Shown: in pieces, positions 7,866 to 17,516 of the stretch
Position numbering within the stretch: position 1 is the first letter of the stretch
How the letters are laid out: the number at the start of each line of letters is the position of its first letter
Virus record (IMG/VR): IMGVR_UViG_3300045988_173726
Span: 192,001 to 256,000 of that record
DNA length: 64,000 nt
Origin: a virus
Direction: 5' to 3' (one strand)
The notes under the pieces: model-generated
What the model saw: the letters and a program-made list of their open reading frames with translations, nothing else
The model's database searches: none
What the model was told of the DNA's origin: nothing
Made by a program: the position numbers and the translations under genes

Positions 7866-10070
7866 ATGATTGTCAACAAAGACATCGGGGAGCTGTTTAT
7901 TCGGAATTATGTGCAGTATGCAAAGATGACGATACAGGCGAGAGCGATTCCAGACGCGCGGGATGGCATGAAGCCCGTCCAGCGCCGAATCTTGTATTCG
8001 ATGCATGATAACGGCATGTATGCGTTTGACAAGAACGGGAAGGCGGGGAAGGCGTATAAGTCAACCAGAATCGTGGGTGATGTTATGGGTAAATATCATC
8101 CGCACGGAGATATGTCTATTTACGGGTCGCTTGTAGACTTGACGGACGATAAGGGGGTAACGCTTGCGCCGTATGTGCATGGAGATGGAACTTTCGGTCG
8201 TGTATGGTCGGATAAGATAATCGCGGCGAGTTCGAGATATACGGAGGCTAATCTACTGCCGATTGCGCGGGAGCTGTTTGACGGGTTAAACGAGGATGCC
8301 GTGGATATGTCTCCGAACTTTGATAACAGCGAGGAAGAGCCGACTTTGTTGCCTGTAACTTTCCCGACTATTCTGGTAGGGTCTACGGACGGCATTGCGG
8401 TAGGGTTTAGCTCAAGTGTTCCGAGGTTTAGCCTTAAGAGTGTCTGTAATACGGCGATAGGTATGCTTAATGGAAAGTATAATAAGGCAGAGGACATTTT
8501 AGCTGTACTTGGGCTTCCAGATTTCAGCACAGGCGGGTTTATTCATCGTAATGACGCAGAGCTTCTTAGGTTGTTAAAGACGGGTAGGGGTTCGTTTACG
8601 GTAAGCGGGACGGTAACTGTCCTTCGGGATAAGATTATTGTAACGGAAGTGCCTGTAGGTACGACAGTTGAGAAGATAGACGAGAAGATACGGGAGTTGA
8701 TTGCCGAGGGCAGGGTGTTAAAGGGAGTCCGAGATGTGATTAACTCATCGGGCTTTGACACAGTTAAGAACGAGGCGAAGTTAGGTCTTACGATAGAGTT
8801 AAAGAACGGAGCGGATGCAGATAGGACGCTTGCGGAGCTTTGTCGGTATACGCCTCTTAGAACTCGGGTAAGCTTTACGACACGGGTCTTAATGGGAGAG
8901 GGTTGTAAAGAGGGTCGTCCGACCGAGCTAGGCGTTTATGAGCTACTTTGTAAGTGGCTTGAGTGGCGACAGGGGACGGTAATTCGGCAGTATAGCTATA
9001 AGCTTGAGAAAGAGAAGCGTAACGAGTATCTGCTATCGTCTTGGGAGAAGATAAGCAGTCGTTGCAGTGAGTTTGTGCAGGATGTAGCTACGAATGACGA
9101 GGATAAGCTGTTTACTCTTTGCGAAGAGAAGTATGGACTCACAAAAGAGCAGACAGAGTATCTAATTGAGAAGAAGATACGGAGTATCACGCAGGACAAG
9201 GTAGCGAGTGCTTTAGCCCAGCTTAAGAAGTCCAGAGAGGATATGTCGTATTACGAGCGGGTTGTGACGGATGAGGGAGAGAGAACGAAGTTAATCGTGT
9301 CACAGCTTGAGCGGGTAAGAGACACTTACGGGATTGAGAGAAAGTGCGCGGTAGCGGACGCGGTTGTAGAGTCCGAGATAGACGAGCGTCTAGCAGAGGT
9401 CGTGCAGGACTGTGATGTAAGCGTGGTAGTCACGAGAAGCGGTCTTGCGAAGCGGTTTATGAATCCTTCGGACAGCGAGGGGGCGGATAGCCTGCTTGTA
9501 AGCAAGGATGACGAAGTAAGGTGGAAGATAGACTGCAATAACCGAGATACGCTATTGGTGTTTACGACAACAGGCGTTTGTTACAAAGTAGCCGTGCATG
9601 ATATAGACAATTCAAGTAGGACTAGAATCAAGAACAGCCTTTGGAATATCGCAACAAAGACAGAGGACGGTGGAATCCTGTATGTAACGAATGCAGGAGA
9701 CTATTCTGGTGGCTTTACGGTCATTTACGGTGACGGAAAGGCTATGTATGTACCTCTCTGCACGGTAAACGGAAAGCGCAGTAAGTATATCAATGTGTTT
9801 ATGGATATTACGGCGCATAACGGCGGGATTGTGACAGAGCATGAGAAGTTTTTTGTCACGACAAAGCGGAATTACGCGAAGCTTGTAGACTTAGCAGGTT
9901 TATCCAGTCTTGATAGGCGTTCAAAGTTTAGGGTTGCGAGTTTAACAAAGGGGGATAACATTGTTAAGCTCGTGCCGTCCGATAAGGTAGCGAATTTCGA
10001 TAGTGTGGATTGGAGTCCATATTGCAAGCCTTATGCAGTAAAGATTAAGTCATATCTGCCGATTTTATAA
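7866..10070 (+). CDS. type IIA DNA topoisomerase, breakage-reunion subunit (GyrA/ParC/T4 gp52-like)
   Basis: PDARDGMKPVQRRILYSM, KYHPHGDMSIYGSLV, and the catalytic Tyr context SSRYTEANL. Confidence 0.9.
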   Translation: MIVNKDIGELFIRNYVQYAKMTIQARAIPDARDGMKPVQRRILYSMHDNGMYAFDKNGKAGKAYKSTRIVGDVMGKYHPHGDMSIYGSLVDLTDDKGVTLAPYVHGDGTFGRVWSDKIIAASSRYTEANLLPIARELFDGLNEDAVDMSPNFDNSEEEPTLLPVTFPTILVGSTDGIAVGFSSSVPRFSLKSVCNTAIGMLNGKYNKAEDILAVLGLPDFSTGGFIHRNDAELLRLLKTGRGSFTVSGTVTVLRDKIIVTEVPVGTTVEKIDEKIRELIAEGRVLKGVRDVINSSGFDTVKNEAKLGLTIELKNGADADRTLAELCRYTPLRTRVSFTTRVLMGEGCKEGRPTELGVYELLCKWLEWRQGTVIRQYSYKLEKEKRNEYLLSSWEKISSRCSEFVQDVATNDEDKLFTLCEEKYGLTKEQTEYLIEKKIRSITQDKVASALAQLKKSREDMSYYERVVTDEGERTKLIVSQLERVRDTYGIERKCAVADAVVESEIDERLAEVVQDCDVSVVVTRSGLAKRFMNPSDSEGADSLLVSKDDEVRWKIDCNNRDTLLVFTTTGVCYKVAVHDIDNSSRTRIKNSLWNIATKTEDGGILYVTNAGDYSGGFTVIYGDGKAMYVPLCTVNGKRSKYINVFMDITAHNGGIVTEHEKFFVTTKRNYAKLVDLAGLSSLDRRSKFRVASLTKGDNIVKLVPSDKVANFDSVDWSPYCKPYAVKIKSYLPIL

Positions 10071-10108
10071 TCGGGTAATAAGGGGTAGTTGTCTGTTAAG
10101 GAGAGGCG

Positions 10109-11665
10109 ATGGCGAAGAAGCAAGTAATAGACTTCGATGCTGGTACGCTTGAGTCGCTAGAGATAATCTTTTCAGCGCTCACGGTCGGTAGCAGTCTAGT
10201 GAAGAATCCAGATATGCTTGCGCGGAAACGGGAAACATATCAAGAGGCTATGCGGGAGTTTATAAGCCAGTTTACGGTAAATGTATTCTATAACGAATAT
10301 TATTTCCTATACCAGCTAATCCGCGTAGCGAAGATAACAAATTTCGGAGAGGCACAGATAAGTTCCGAGATAGAGGCAAACAGTGCGGATATTCTGTCAT
10401 CCCCGTTTATTGAGGTCGTTACAGAGTATGTAGCGGGGAACGGAAATGTAATATCGGATGACGAGAAGGTAGAGTATTTTCGAGAGGTAGTGATTGAGCG
10501 GGTTACGAAGCTTGCGAATCGGGAAGTAACGATGAGTGAGTTTTTGTCAGCCTGTGAGCAGTATAAGAGAGCCTATAAGAATCAAGTGATGTTGCAGACT
10601 GCGAATGCGATGTCTATGATAATGCAGAGTACAGGGTATGATGAGCCTCGTAAGCGCGGTGGAGTAAAGCATTTGCAGGGTTATCTTGACGCTTCTGACT
10701 ATTATAGTCGCCAGTCAGCCCGTATACGGGAGTTAGATAACGAGAGTGGGAGTAGGGCTATCGTCATTGATAATGACTGGGTGATGAATGAGAACGAGAG
10801 AGATAAGTCGCCCGAGGATACGATAGTCCTAGACTACGGGATAGAGGAGCTGGATAAAGTTTGCCGAGGGATACGGCGAACGAATATGCTAAACATTATT
10901 GGACCAACGAAGGGTGGTAAGACAACTTTCACTTGTTACATGGTGCATAGAGCCTTGAAGCGTGGCTTAAATGTAGCTATTTGGGCGTTAGAGGGAACAT
11001 ATAGCGAATGGATGGCGCAGTTAATCGCCTTGACAGCATTGGATATGCGAAAAGAGGGCGATGTTTCGGTAATCCAGAAGTCAGATATACTGCATCAGAG
11101 CTACAAGACGGACGAGGTTCGTGTAGCGGTAGGAGCGGCGAGACAGCATTTGGTATCTGGTGCGGGAATGGGGAAGCTTTCGTTTATCGGTGGAGCGGCG
11201 TATATTGAAGATTATATTGATACAATAGATAATCACAGGAGAAACGAGAACAAGTTTGATGTGATAGTCGTAGACTCGCCCGTGCTTGTGGTAAGTAGGA
11301 CAGGTCGAACGAAGGTGGATAGAGCGGGAGAGGCGTTCACTTCGCTAAAGAACTATGTTGCGAATCAAGTGCCAGAGGGTGCGGTAGCGATAGTTACAGC
11401 GCAGTTAAAGCAGGATGTAGTAAACAGCATGAGAGCGAACAAAGACCAGACTTTGGATGTGACGGTAGGTGCAGAGACTTCGGAGACTATCAAAACGCCA
11501 GACGAGGTAATTGGTTTGTTTAGCTCAAAGGAAGAGCGCTTAACGGGAAAGATGAAGATATATAATATAGCGGCGCGGCATCATGAGACATTTAGGGACT
11601 GTTATATCGGGTGTGACATGAGTTGCGGGACATTCTTTAGTCAGCCAGAGTTAAACGAGGGTTAA
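10109..11665 (+). CDS. DnaB-family / RecA-fold replicative DNA helicase
   Basis: AAGGAGAGG RBS. C-terminal P-loop domain with Walker A IIGPTKGGKTTF and Walker B-like FDVIVVDSP; helical N-terminal region. Confidence 0.7.
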   Translation: MAKKQVIDFDAGTLESLEIIFSALTVGSSLVKNPDMLARKRETYQEAMREFISQFTVNVFYNEYYFLYQLIRVAKITNFGEAQISSEIEANSADILSSPFIEVVTEYVAGNGNVISDDEKVEYFREVVIERVTKLANREVTMSEFLSACEQYKRAYKNQVMLQTANAMSMIMQSTGYDEPRKRGGVKHLQGYLDASDYYSRQSARIRELDNESGSRAIVIDNDWVMNENERDKSPEDTIVLDYGIEELDKVCRGIRRTNMLNIIGPTKGGKTTFTCYMVHRALKRGLNVAIWALEGTYSEWMAQLIALTALDMRKEGDVSVIQKSDILHQSYKTDEVRVAVGAARQHLVSGAGMGKLSFIGGAAYIEDYIDTIDNHRRNENKFDVIVVDSPVLVVSRTGRTKVDRAGEAFTSLKNYVANQVPEGAVAIVTAQLKQDVVNSMRANKDQTLDVTVGAETSETIKTPDEVIGLFSSKEERLTGKMKIYNIAARHHETFRDCYIGCDMSCGTFFSQPELNEG

Positions 11666-11691
11666 GTAAAAGTTTTTTGGAGGGAAGAGGA

Positions 11692-12360
11692 ATGGGACGA
11701 GTAAATTTATCGGATGACGCAGTAGGAAAGCTCGCAGAGGTCATTTGCACGGATATTCACACGAATATCGTAAAGGGCGTGACTTATATTCTGTTAGAGG
11801 AGAAGCCGAATACTAAGGTAAGGCTTGATATGTATATGGGTCTTCGCAGGGAGATAGACAGCGAGGGGTTTAAGCCAGACGAGGTATTTCGGGTTTATAA
11901 GGTATCAAACGGGTATGTGTTTGATATGGAGCAGGAGATAGCGGTTTCGATTACAAAGGCGATAATGCAGAAGTCTGGGTCGCTAGATGATAAGAACATG
12001 CGGGCGGTGCTAAACAGCGTGGTAGAGAGAAGCAAGGTACGGCGAGAGAAAGAGATGAAGCGGCTTGCGGCGCTTTGTTATAAGGCGTATAAGGCAGGAA
12101 AGACATCTCTTGAGGTATTGCTGTTTGGTAAGAACGAGGTCGGGAAAGTTATCATCACGGTAAAGGATGGGAAAGACGACTATGTAATCACATATCCTTC
12201 GTTTATGCTCCGTCCGAGTGATATGCAGAGTGTAAACGAAGAGTATTTGATTAAGAGTGGTATACGGATAAAGAGTATCGAGACAGGTGAGATAGTGGGG
12301 ACGAATCGTGGTCTAAGGGTCGTGGTGAACTTAGGTGCGAATGTAAAGAAGGTGCTGTAA
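11692..12360 (+). CDS. hypothetical protein
   Basis: GGAGGG RBS 8 nt before ATG 11692 (the track ORF starts at TTG 11677). No motif recognised. Confidence 0.6.
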   Translation: MGRVNLSDDAVGKLAEVICTDIHTNIVKGVTYILLEEKPNTKVRLDMYMGLRREIDSEGFKPDEVFRVYKVSNGYVFDMEQEIAVSITKAIMQKSGSLDDKNMRAVLNSVVERSKVRREKEMKRLAALCYKAYKAGKTSLEVLLFGKNEVGKVIITVKDGKDDYVITYPSFMLRPSDMQSVNEEYLIKSGIRIKSIETGEIVGTNRGLRVVVNLGANVKKVL

Positions 12361-12362
12361 AT

Positions 12363-13310
12363 TTGAAAGCGAGTATACGGGGGATAACGCTAGGTACGGA
12401 CGGGGCGAGGCAAGCTTATTGTATGCAGGAGATAAGTCTTGAGAGTTTAGCAAAGACTTGTGCGGGGGTTAAGGTCTTACTCGGGATAGACGGGTCGTCT
12501 ACATGTACGGGCGTGTCGGTATTTAACCTAGGGAACGGCGGGCTAATCGGGACGATAGCGTTAAAGCGTAGCAGTAAAGAGGACGCGGTTCACTATAAGG
12601 TGGAGTTAAAGCGGTTTCTGGTAGAGTTACTGGGGGCAGTGGATGCGCGTGAGGCAGTGTATGAAGAGCCGTTCTTCGGGGTAAACGCTTTAACGAATAA
12701 GGTGCTGTTTATGCTCCGCTCGTCTGTCGAAGAGGTCATCGCCGAGAACGAGCCAAGGTTTAATCAGCTTAATTTTCACGAGATAAGTAACGCTAGGTGG
12801 AAGAAGCTGTTTTTAGAGAAAGTCCCGAAGGGCGGGAAAGAAGTGCAGAAGGCGGCGATACGGGAGAAAGTGCTTGCCTTGTACCCGTTCATGTGTGTAT
12901 GCACACAGGATGAGTGTGACGCGACAGGGATAGGGTACGCGGCGTGTAGGGCGGACAGTATAAAGGGGCTTGAGAATCAGCGTAAGCCGCGCCCGTTCCA
13001 GTATTGCATTGAGTTTTTCGGTGGGGACAGTGACGAGGAGTTTGTAGGGTGGTTTGACGGGAACTGGGAGAGGGTTTCAGTTCCCGAGGCGCTGGTTTGC
13101 GGTGGGTATTGGATTGTGCCGATAAAGGGGACAGGGAGCTTTGAGAACTATATCTACCGTGAGATGGGGGACGAGGATAATCTGCTGGTGCTAAGGTTTA
13201 GTAGTCAGCATCATGCGAATGTGGTGATGCAGTATCGGATAGCGGATTTGACGGTACGGAATAAGTTTATTTACGCAGTCGTCTGGAGGAAGCACAGGAA
13301 GAAAGCATAG
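12363..13310 (+). CDS. RuvC-like Holliday-junction resolvase with an extra C-terminal region of about 120 aa
   Basis: LLGIDGSSTCTGVSV (cf. RuvC ILGIDPGS..TG), YEEPFFG (cf. AIEQVF) and DECDATGIGYAA (cf. DAADALAIA). The start is uncertain: TTG 12363 or ATG 12423. Confidence 0.65.
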   Translation: MKASIRGITLGTDGARQAYCMQEISLESLAKTCAGVKVLLGIDGSSTCTGVSVFNLGNGGLIGTIALKRSSKEDAVHYKVELKRFLVELLGAVDAREAVYEEPFFGVNALTNKVLFMLRSSVEEVIAENEPRFNQLNFHEISNARWKKLFLEKVPKGGKEVQKAAIREKVLALYPFMCVCTQDECDATGIGYAACRADSIKGLENQRKPRPFQYCIEFFGGDSDEEFVGWFDGNWERVSVPEALVCGGYWIVPIKGTGSFENYIYREMGDEDNLLVLRFSSQHHANVVMQYRIADLTVRNKFIYAVVWRKHRKKA

Positions 13311-13522
13311 GGGGAGCATGGGGGAGTCTTTTAGTCGAAATGGTTTGACAAAAGACAGATAGGTGCGTTGCGGTAACAGCAGTGCGCGTTATATAAGGGC
13401 TTGGGCGGGTAGTAAAGATTGCCTGTTCAAGTCCTTTTGTAGTAATTAGTCGTACCGCTCCTAGTACTTTAGCAGTTTGGGCTTGCAAATAAAAGAATTT
13501 TGCCGAAAGGAGATTTTGGGTC

Positions 13523-13894
13523 ATGGGAGTTTGTAAGTTGTGCGGAGCGGATACCGAGCTTATTGATGGCAAGTGCTACAGGTGCTTATCGCTGTCTGTG
13601 TATGAGGAAGCAAAGATAGAGCCTGCGAGTGAAGAGGAAGAGGCGAAGTTTGCGGAGTCGTTAAAGGGTATGGCGGCTATGCTAGTCACGAAAACGCCGC
13701 TTGAGCTAATGAAAGAGCAGATAGCGGGTATTACTGACTCGGAGGCAGAGGAGTTTAAGCCAGACTATCAGATTATGTATCACAGGTATCGGGAGGCTAT
13801 CGACAGCGGAGCGTACTGTATGGTTTTGGCGTGGAACAGTGCAGGGAAAGAGGTAGTAGACGCTTCTAGGGCGATAGCTGTTTGTAAGGCGTAA
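13523..13894 (+). CDS. hypothetical protein with an N-terminal CxxC...CxxC zinc-ribbon-like motif
   Basis: AAGGAG RBS; CKLCGADTELIDGKCYRC. Confidence 0.6.
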   Translation: MGVCKLCGADTELIDGKCYRCLSLSVYEEAKIEPASEEEEAKFAESLKGMAAMLVTKTPLELMKEQIAGITDSEAEEFKPDYQIMYHRYREAIDSGAYCMVLAWNSAGKEVVDASRAIAVCKA

Positions 13895-13905
13895 GGGTAG
13901 CGAGA

Positions 13906-15045
13906 ATGGACGGGAGCGATAGCACGACTAAGTTACTGCTAGGGGCAGGGTTTAACAGCGTTGAGGGTCTTGAGCGGTATATACGGGGCTTACAGGAAGC
14001 CGAGCAGATTGGAGAGCCAGAGGTAAGCGACTCTGTGTATGATAATCTCATTCGGGTCTTACGGACAGTAAAGCCAGAGAGTAAGGTGTTAAATCGGAGT
14101 TTACCAGAGAGATGCTATCGTGGCGCAGGGCTAACAGTTATACGGGATTTATCGGAGTTAAGCTATCTAAGGCGGTTGTTTTTAGAAAAAGGGATAGATA
14201 CAAGTCTCTTATCGAGCGCAAAGATAGTCGGGCATAGCGTAACGATTAGGTATATTGACGGTAGGTATGCGAGTGGGGAATTTCGGTGCGGTATAGACAT
14301 AACCGAGGTTTTGCATAGCATAGTTCCAGCATATCTTCCAGAGCTAGGGTTTTACAGAGTGGTAACAATAGGCGGGGTAGTGACGATAAGCCGAAAGAAC
14401 TTTGATAAGGTCAGTCGGGTTTATAAAACGCCGTTAAGTGCGGTAACTTCGTTTATGCGGGAGACATCGAGCGCGGAAGAGAGAGGGCTACTAAGCCTAG
14501 TGTGTGACTCTATATCGAGTGAGGAAGATGATAGCTTTCGTAGCCTGCTTAATGAGTATCAGACGCTATCTGCTCTCGGGTTTTTGATTCCTACCTTTCG
14601 GGTAACGGATGGAGTGGGGGCGTATAACTTTGACACTCGGGTAGAAGAGATATTAAGCGAGTTTACGGGGCTTACGCTTCCCTTTGACGCAGACGGAGTG
14701 GTGGTAAGAGTAAACGATAACGCTTTGTTTCGAGAGTTAGGAGAAAACGGTAACACTTATCTCGGTGGGTTTATCCTAAAGACAGGGGAACGGTTTGGAG
14801 CGAAGGTCTATAGCGGGTTAATTCACGAGATAGAGTGGGAGTACGGGAGTGATAAGCTAAGTCCTAGGGCGGTAATAAGTCCTGTTACAGTGTATGACGG
14901 TAATACGATAAACACTGTGCCGCTTTATAGCGTGGGGGTTATGCGGGACAACAGCTTTACAGTAGGTTCTAAGATATATTTTTTATACGACAACGAGACA
15001 GGCGCGATGCTTTGTGACGAGGATGGAAAGGTCGTAAGCGCCTAG
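13906..15045 (+). CDS. NAD-dependent DNA ligase (LigA)-like adenylation + OB domains, with diverged catalytic motifs
   Basis: Aligns by eye with E. coli LigA. PEVSDSVYDNLIRVLRTVKPES matches PEIPDAEYDRLMRELRELE. SAKIVGHSVTIRYIDG matches ELKLDGLAVSILYENG, so motif I KxDG is KIVG here. FDADGVVVRVND matches FDIDGVVIKVN. The ORF stops before the Zn-finger/HhH/BRCT parts. Confidence 0.65.
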   Translation: MDGSDSTTKLLLGAGFNSVEGLERYIRGLQEAEQIGEPEVSDSVYDNLIRVLRTVKPESKVLNRSLPERCYRGAGLTVIRDLSELSYLRRLFLEKGIDTSLLSSAKIVGHSVTIRYIDGRYASGEFRCGIDITEVLHSIVPAYLPELGFYRVVTIGGVVTISRKNFDKVSRVYKTPLSAVTSFMRETSSAEERGLLSLVCDSISSEEDDSFRSLLNEYQTLSALGFLIPTFRVTDGVGAYNFDTRVEEILSEFTGLTLPFDADGVVVRVNDNALFRELGENGNTYLGGFILKTGERFGAKVYSGLIHEIEWEYGSDKLSPRAVISPVTVYDGNTINTVPLYSVGVMRDNSFTVGSKIYFLYDNETGAMLCDEDGKVVSA

Positions 15046-15062
15046 AGAGGGGGCAAAGAGAG

Positions 15063-16823
15063 ATGGATGGATTTAATAGCTTTGACGATGACGAGATAGA
15101 GCTTCCAGAGGACAAGGGAGAGGTTACAGACCTAGCGGATAACGGAGAGCTTGAAAGTAGCGAGGATACCTTTGATGACGACATAGACGGTCTTTTGGGT
15201 AACTATAACGGGGAAGCGGATGAGACAGAGGACAGTCATGCGGGCGAGGAAGTTCTGTATGACGATAACGGAGAGCCTTATTACGCGAGTGACTTGGTAG
15301 ATGAGGACGAGAGCGAAGAGTCGGGTCACGAGAGTTTATCAGAGGACGTAGAGGGTAGCACAGTAGGTTCGGACGAAGAGGACGGATTAGACACTATCAG
15401 CGAGGAAAGTGTTGATAGCATAGACGAGGAAGCGGATAGCGAAGAAGCCGAGGATGATACGAGTGATAGTACGGGTGAGGTGGCTACGGTTCGGAGTGAT
15501 AGTTTCCTAGACGAGAACGGAAATGTTCGGGTCATGGACACGGAGGCTTCGGGAGAGACTTTCGAGTTAATCAAGATAAAGTACGAGAATCTAGGCTATA
15601 GTAAGAGAATCCGCACGAGTAAGAATGTGGACGACTTGACAAGTAGCATACGGAGTACGGGTTTACTCAATCCTATCGTAGTTGCGCCGTCAGTCACAGA
15701 GGGCGTTTATGCGATAATTGACGGGTATCGAAGGATTCTTGCTTGTTCAAAGGTCGGAATCAAAGAGATTCCTGCAATCGTAAACAGAAAGATAACTACG
15801 AAAGAGATAGCTGTAGTAGAAGCTCTTTATAATCACAAGAAGCCCTACACGATGCAGGAGATAGTAGATTATATCGAGTATCTTGAAAAGGAGAAGGGAA
15901 TCACCGACCCGCCGACAGTTGAGTATTTATTAGACTTAAATAACGGTGACTACAGTAAGCTAAAAGACATTCTGTCGGACAATGACGAAGAGATAGTGAG
16001 TAAGCTCCTTGAGGGTCAGCTTACTATCGGGGAAGCGTTTAAGAGGCTTGAGAAGCGCCGTTCAAAGGAGACCCGTGAAGAGAAAGACATTAAGAAAGCG
16101 GGGAAAGTTTATAACGAGGGGGGCGGCACAGAGGAGAGCGCGTTAAATAACTCTGGCGAGATGGCAGACAGCGGAGAGGAGTCGGAAGAGGACAAGGGGT
16201 CGCGTTTAACAGCCGACCAGATAGCGGCGCTAGCTGTTGACCCGAGTAAGATAGATTCCGAGATAGAGGATAAGTCGCTTGACGAGATGATAGCGGAGAG
16301 CGATAAGACAGAGGGCTTTGAGCCGCATCAGCAGAAGGTAGGGGAGAGGGAGTATTTAGACCCTGCAATCAAGAAAGCGGTTTTAGCGAGAGACAAGTTT
16401 ACTTGCCAGTGCTGTGGAATTGGAAAAGACGATAGCGAGAGTTATGTAAGCGTAATGGACGCGCATCACATTATACCAGTCTTTCTCGGGGGCAAGGACA
16501 CCTCGGAGAGCGGAGTAACGAATATAGATAACATCGTTACGCTCTGCATCATCTGTCATAAAATGGTACATGAGTTTTCTACGGGAGATTTGCACTTGCC
16601 GAGAGAGCGTAAGGCAGACGAAGTAGCAGAGATGAGTGTGGAAGAGCGTGAGCAGTATAAGAAAGAGCAGACGCGCTTCAAGAAAGTCGTTTATTTTGGA
16701 GATTTAATCAGAAAGGCGATGGCACAGCGAGGTATCAATCGCAAGGAGTTTAAGAAACAGCATCCTTCTAACGCAATAGGACGAAGGAAGCCGGGAAAGA
16801 ACACGCCACAGGTCGATATTTAA
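15063..16823 (+). CDS. ParB-like nuclease domain + HNH endonuclease fusion with a long acidic N-terminal region
   Basis: The first ~160 aa are D/E/S-rich. ParB N-domain motif LNPIVVAPSVTEGVYAIIDGYRRILAC. C-terminal HNH: CQCCG...DAHHIIPVFLGG...NIVTLCIICHKMVH. Confidence 0.8.
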   Translation: MDGFNSFDDDEIELPEDKGEVTDLADNGELESSEDTFDDDIDGLLGNYNGEADETEDSHAGEEVLYDDNGEPYYASDLVDEDESEESGHESLSEDVEGSTVGSDEEDGLDTISEESVDSIDEEADSEEAEDDTSDSTGEVATVRSDSFLDENGNVRVMDTEASGETFELIKIKYENLGYSKRIRTSKNVDDLTSSIRSTGLLNPIVVAPSVTEGVYAIIDGYRRILACSKVGIKEIPAIVNRKITTKEIAVVEALYNHKKPYTMQEIVDYIEYLEKEKGITDPPTVEYLLDLNNGDYSKLKDILSDNDEEIVSKLLEGQLTIGEAFKRLEKRRSKETREEKDIKKAGKVYNEGGGTEESALNNSGEMADSGEESEEDKGSRLTADQIAALAVDPSKIDSEIEDKSLDEMIAESDKTEGFEPHQQKVGEREYLDPAIKKAVLARDKFTCQCCGIGKDDSESYVSVMDAHHIIPVFLGGKDTSESGVTNIDNIVTLCIICHKMVHEFSTGDLHLPRERKADEVAEMSVEEREQYKKEQTRFKKVVYFGDLIRKAMAQRGINRKEFKKQHPSNAIGRRKPGKNTPQVDI

Positions 16824-16847
16824 GCGTATAAGAGGGGGTAAAGTCCT

Positions 16848-17513
16848 TTGAGGGTAGGAAAGATAAGGTTAAGTCTGCATGGAGTGGCGTTAGCTTGCTA
16901 CTGCGCGGTATTTCTAGCGTTAGCGGTATTATCGGCAATGTTTTACGACATGCAGACCTTGGTTTACGGGTTTCTAGGAATATCAATGCTTGAACTCGGA
17001 TACTTGGTTATTCAGCAGAGCAGAGGAAAGACAGCTACTAAGAGTCCGAGCGTGAGGCTTGGGTTGGTAGCAGTTCTCGGGATTACGGTAGGCAGTCACT
17101 TTATAAGCTATGGTGCAGTGACTGCGGCGGCGGTGATAGCGGTGACAGGGCTTATTGTTATCGTGTTAAGCCTAAAGGAGATAGGTGCAAAAGAGGTTGT
17201 GCTTGCGTTTTGCTTAATGGTCGGTATGTCAGCGCTCACGCTTGTTTATCCGATGGGTTTATCAAGGTTTACGGATGAGCGGGATTTAAGAAGTGTAAGG
17301 GCGGTAGACAAGTATAGCGAGTATCTAGGAAACAGCGAGAAGCTATTAAGGCTTTCGCTAGACTATGATTTCTCGGTCGGGGGTAACGACATAGACGCGG
17401 ATACCCTAACGGTGCTTTCTTCGATTACTGGGAGAGAGGCAACGGTCGAAGCAGTTACGGACAGTGCGCTTGTAGACAGGGCGATAAGTGACTATAAGAA
17501 TAGTCGGGAGTAA
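16848..17513 (+). CDS. multi-pass membrane protein, unknown function
   Basis: TTG start 9 nt after AGAGGGGG. There are at least four hydrophobic segments (e.g. LACYCAVFLALAVLSAMF, AAAVIAVTGLIVIVLSL). Confidence 0.55.
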   Translation: MRVGKIRLSLHGVALACYCAVFLALAVLSAMFYDMQTLVYGFLGISMLELGYLVIQQSRGKTATKSPSVRLGLVAVLGITVGSHFISYGAVTAAAVIAVTGLIVIVLSLKEIGAKEVVLAFCLMVGMSALTLVYPMGLSRFTDERDLRSVRAVDKYSEYLGNSEKLLRLSLDYDFSVGGNDIDADTLTVLSSITGREATVEAVTDSALVDRAISDYKNSRE

Positions 17514-17516
17514 ACT

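Noticed and set aside
11008-11208. Short plus-strand alternative-frame ORFs nested in larger genes (11008-11208, 25855-26043, 32677-32910, 39040-39222, 42600-42977, 44105-44323).
   Set aside because: Each lies fully inside a well-supported gene in another frame, lacks an RBS, and gives an Arg/Gly/Cys-rich product typical of off-frame translation.
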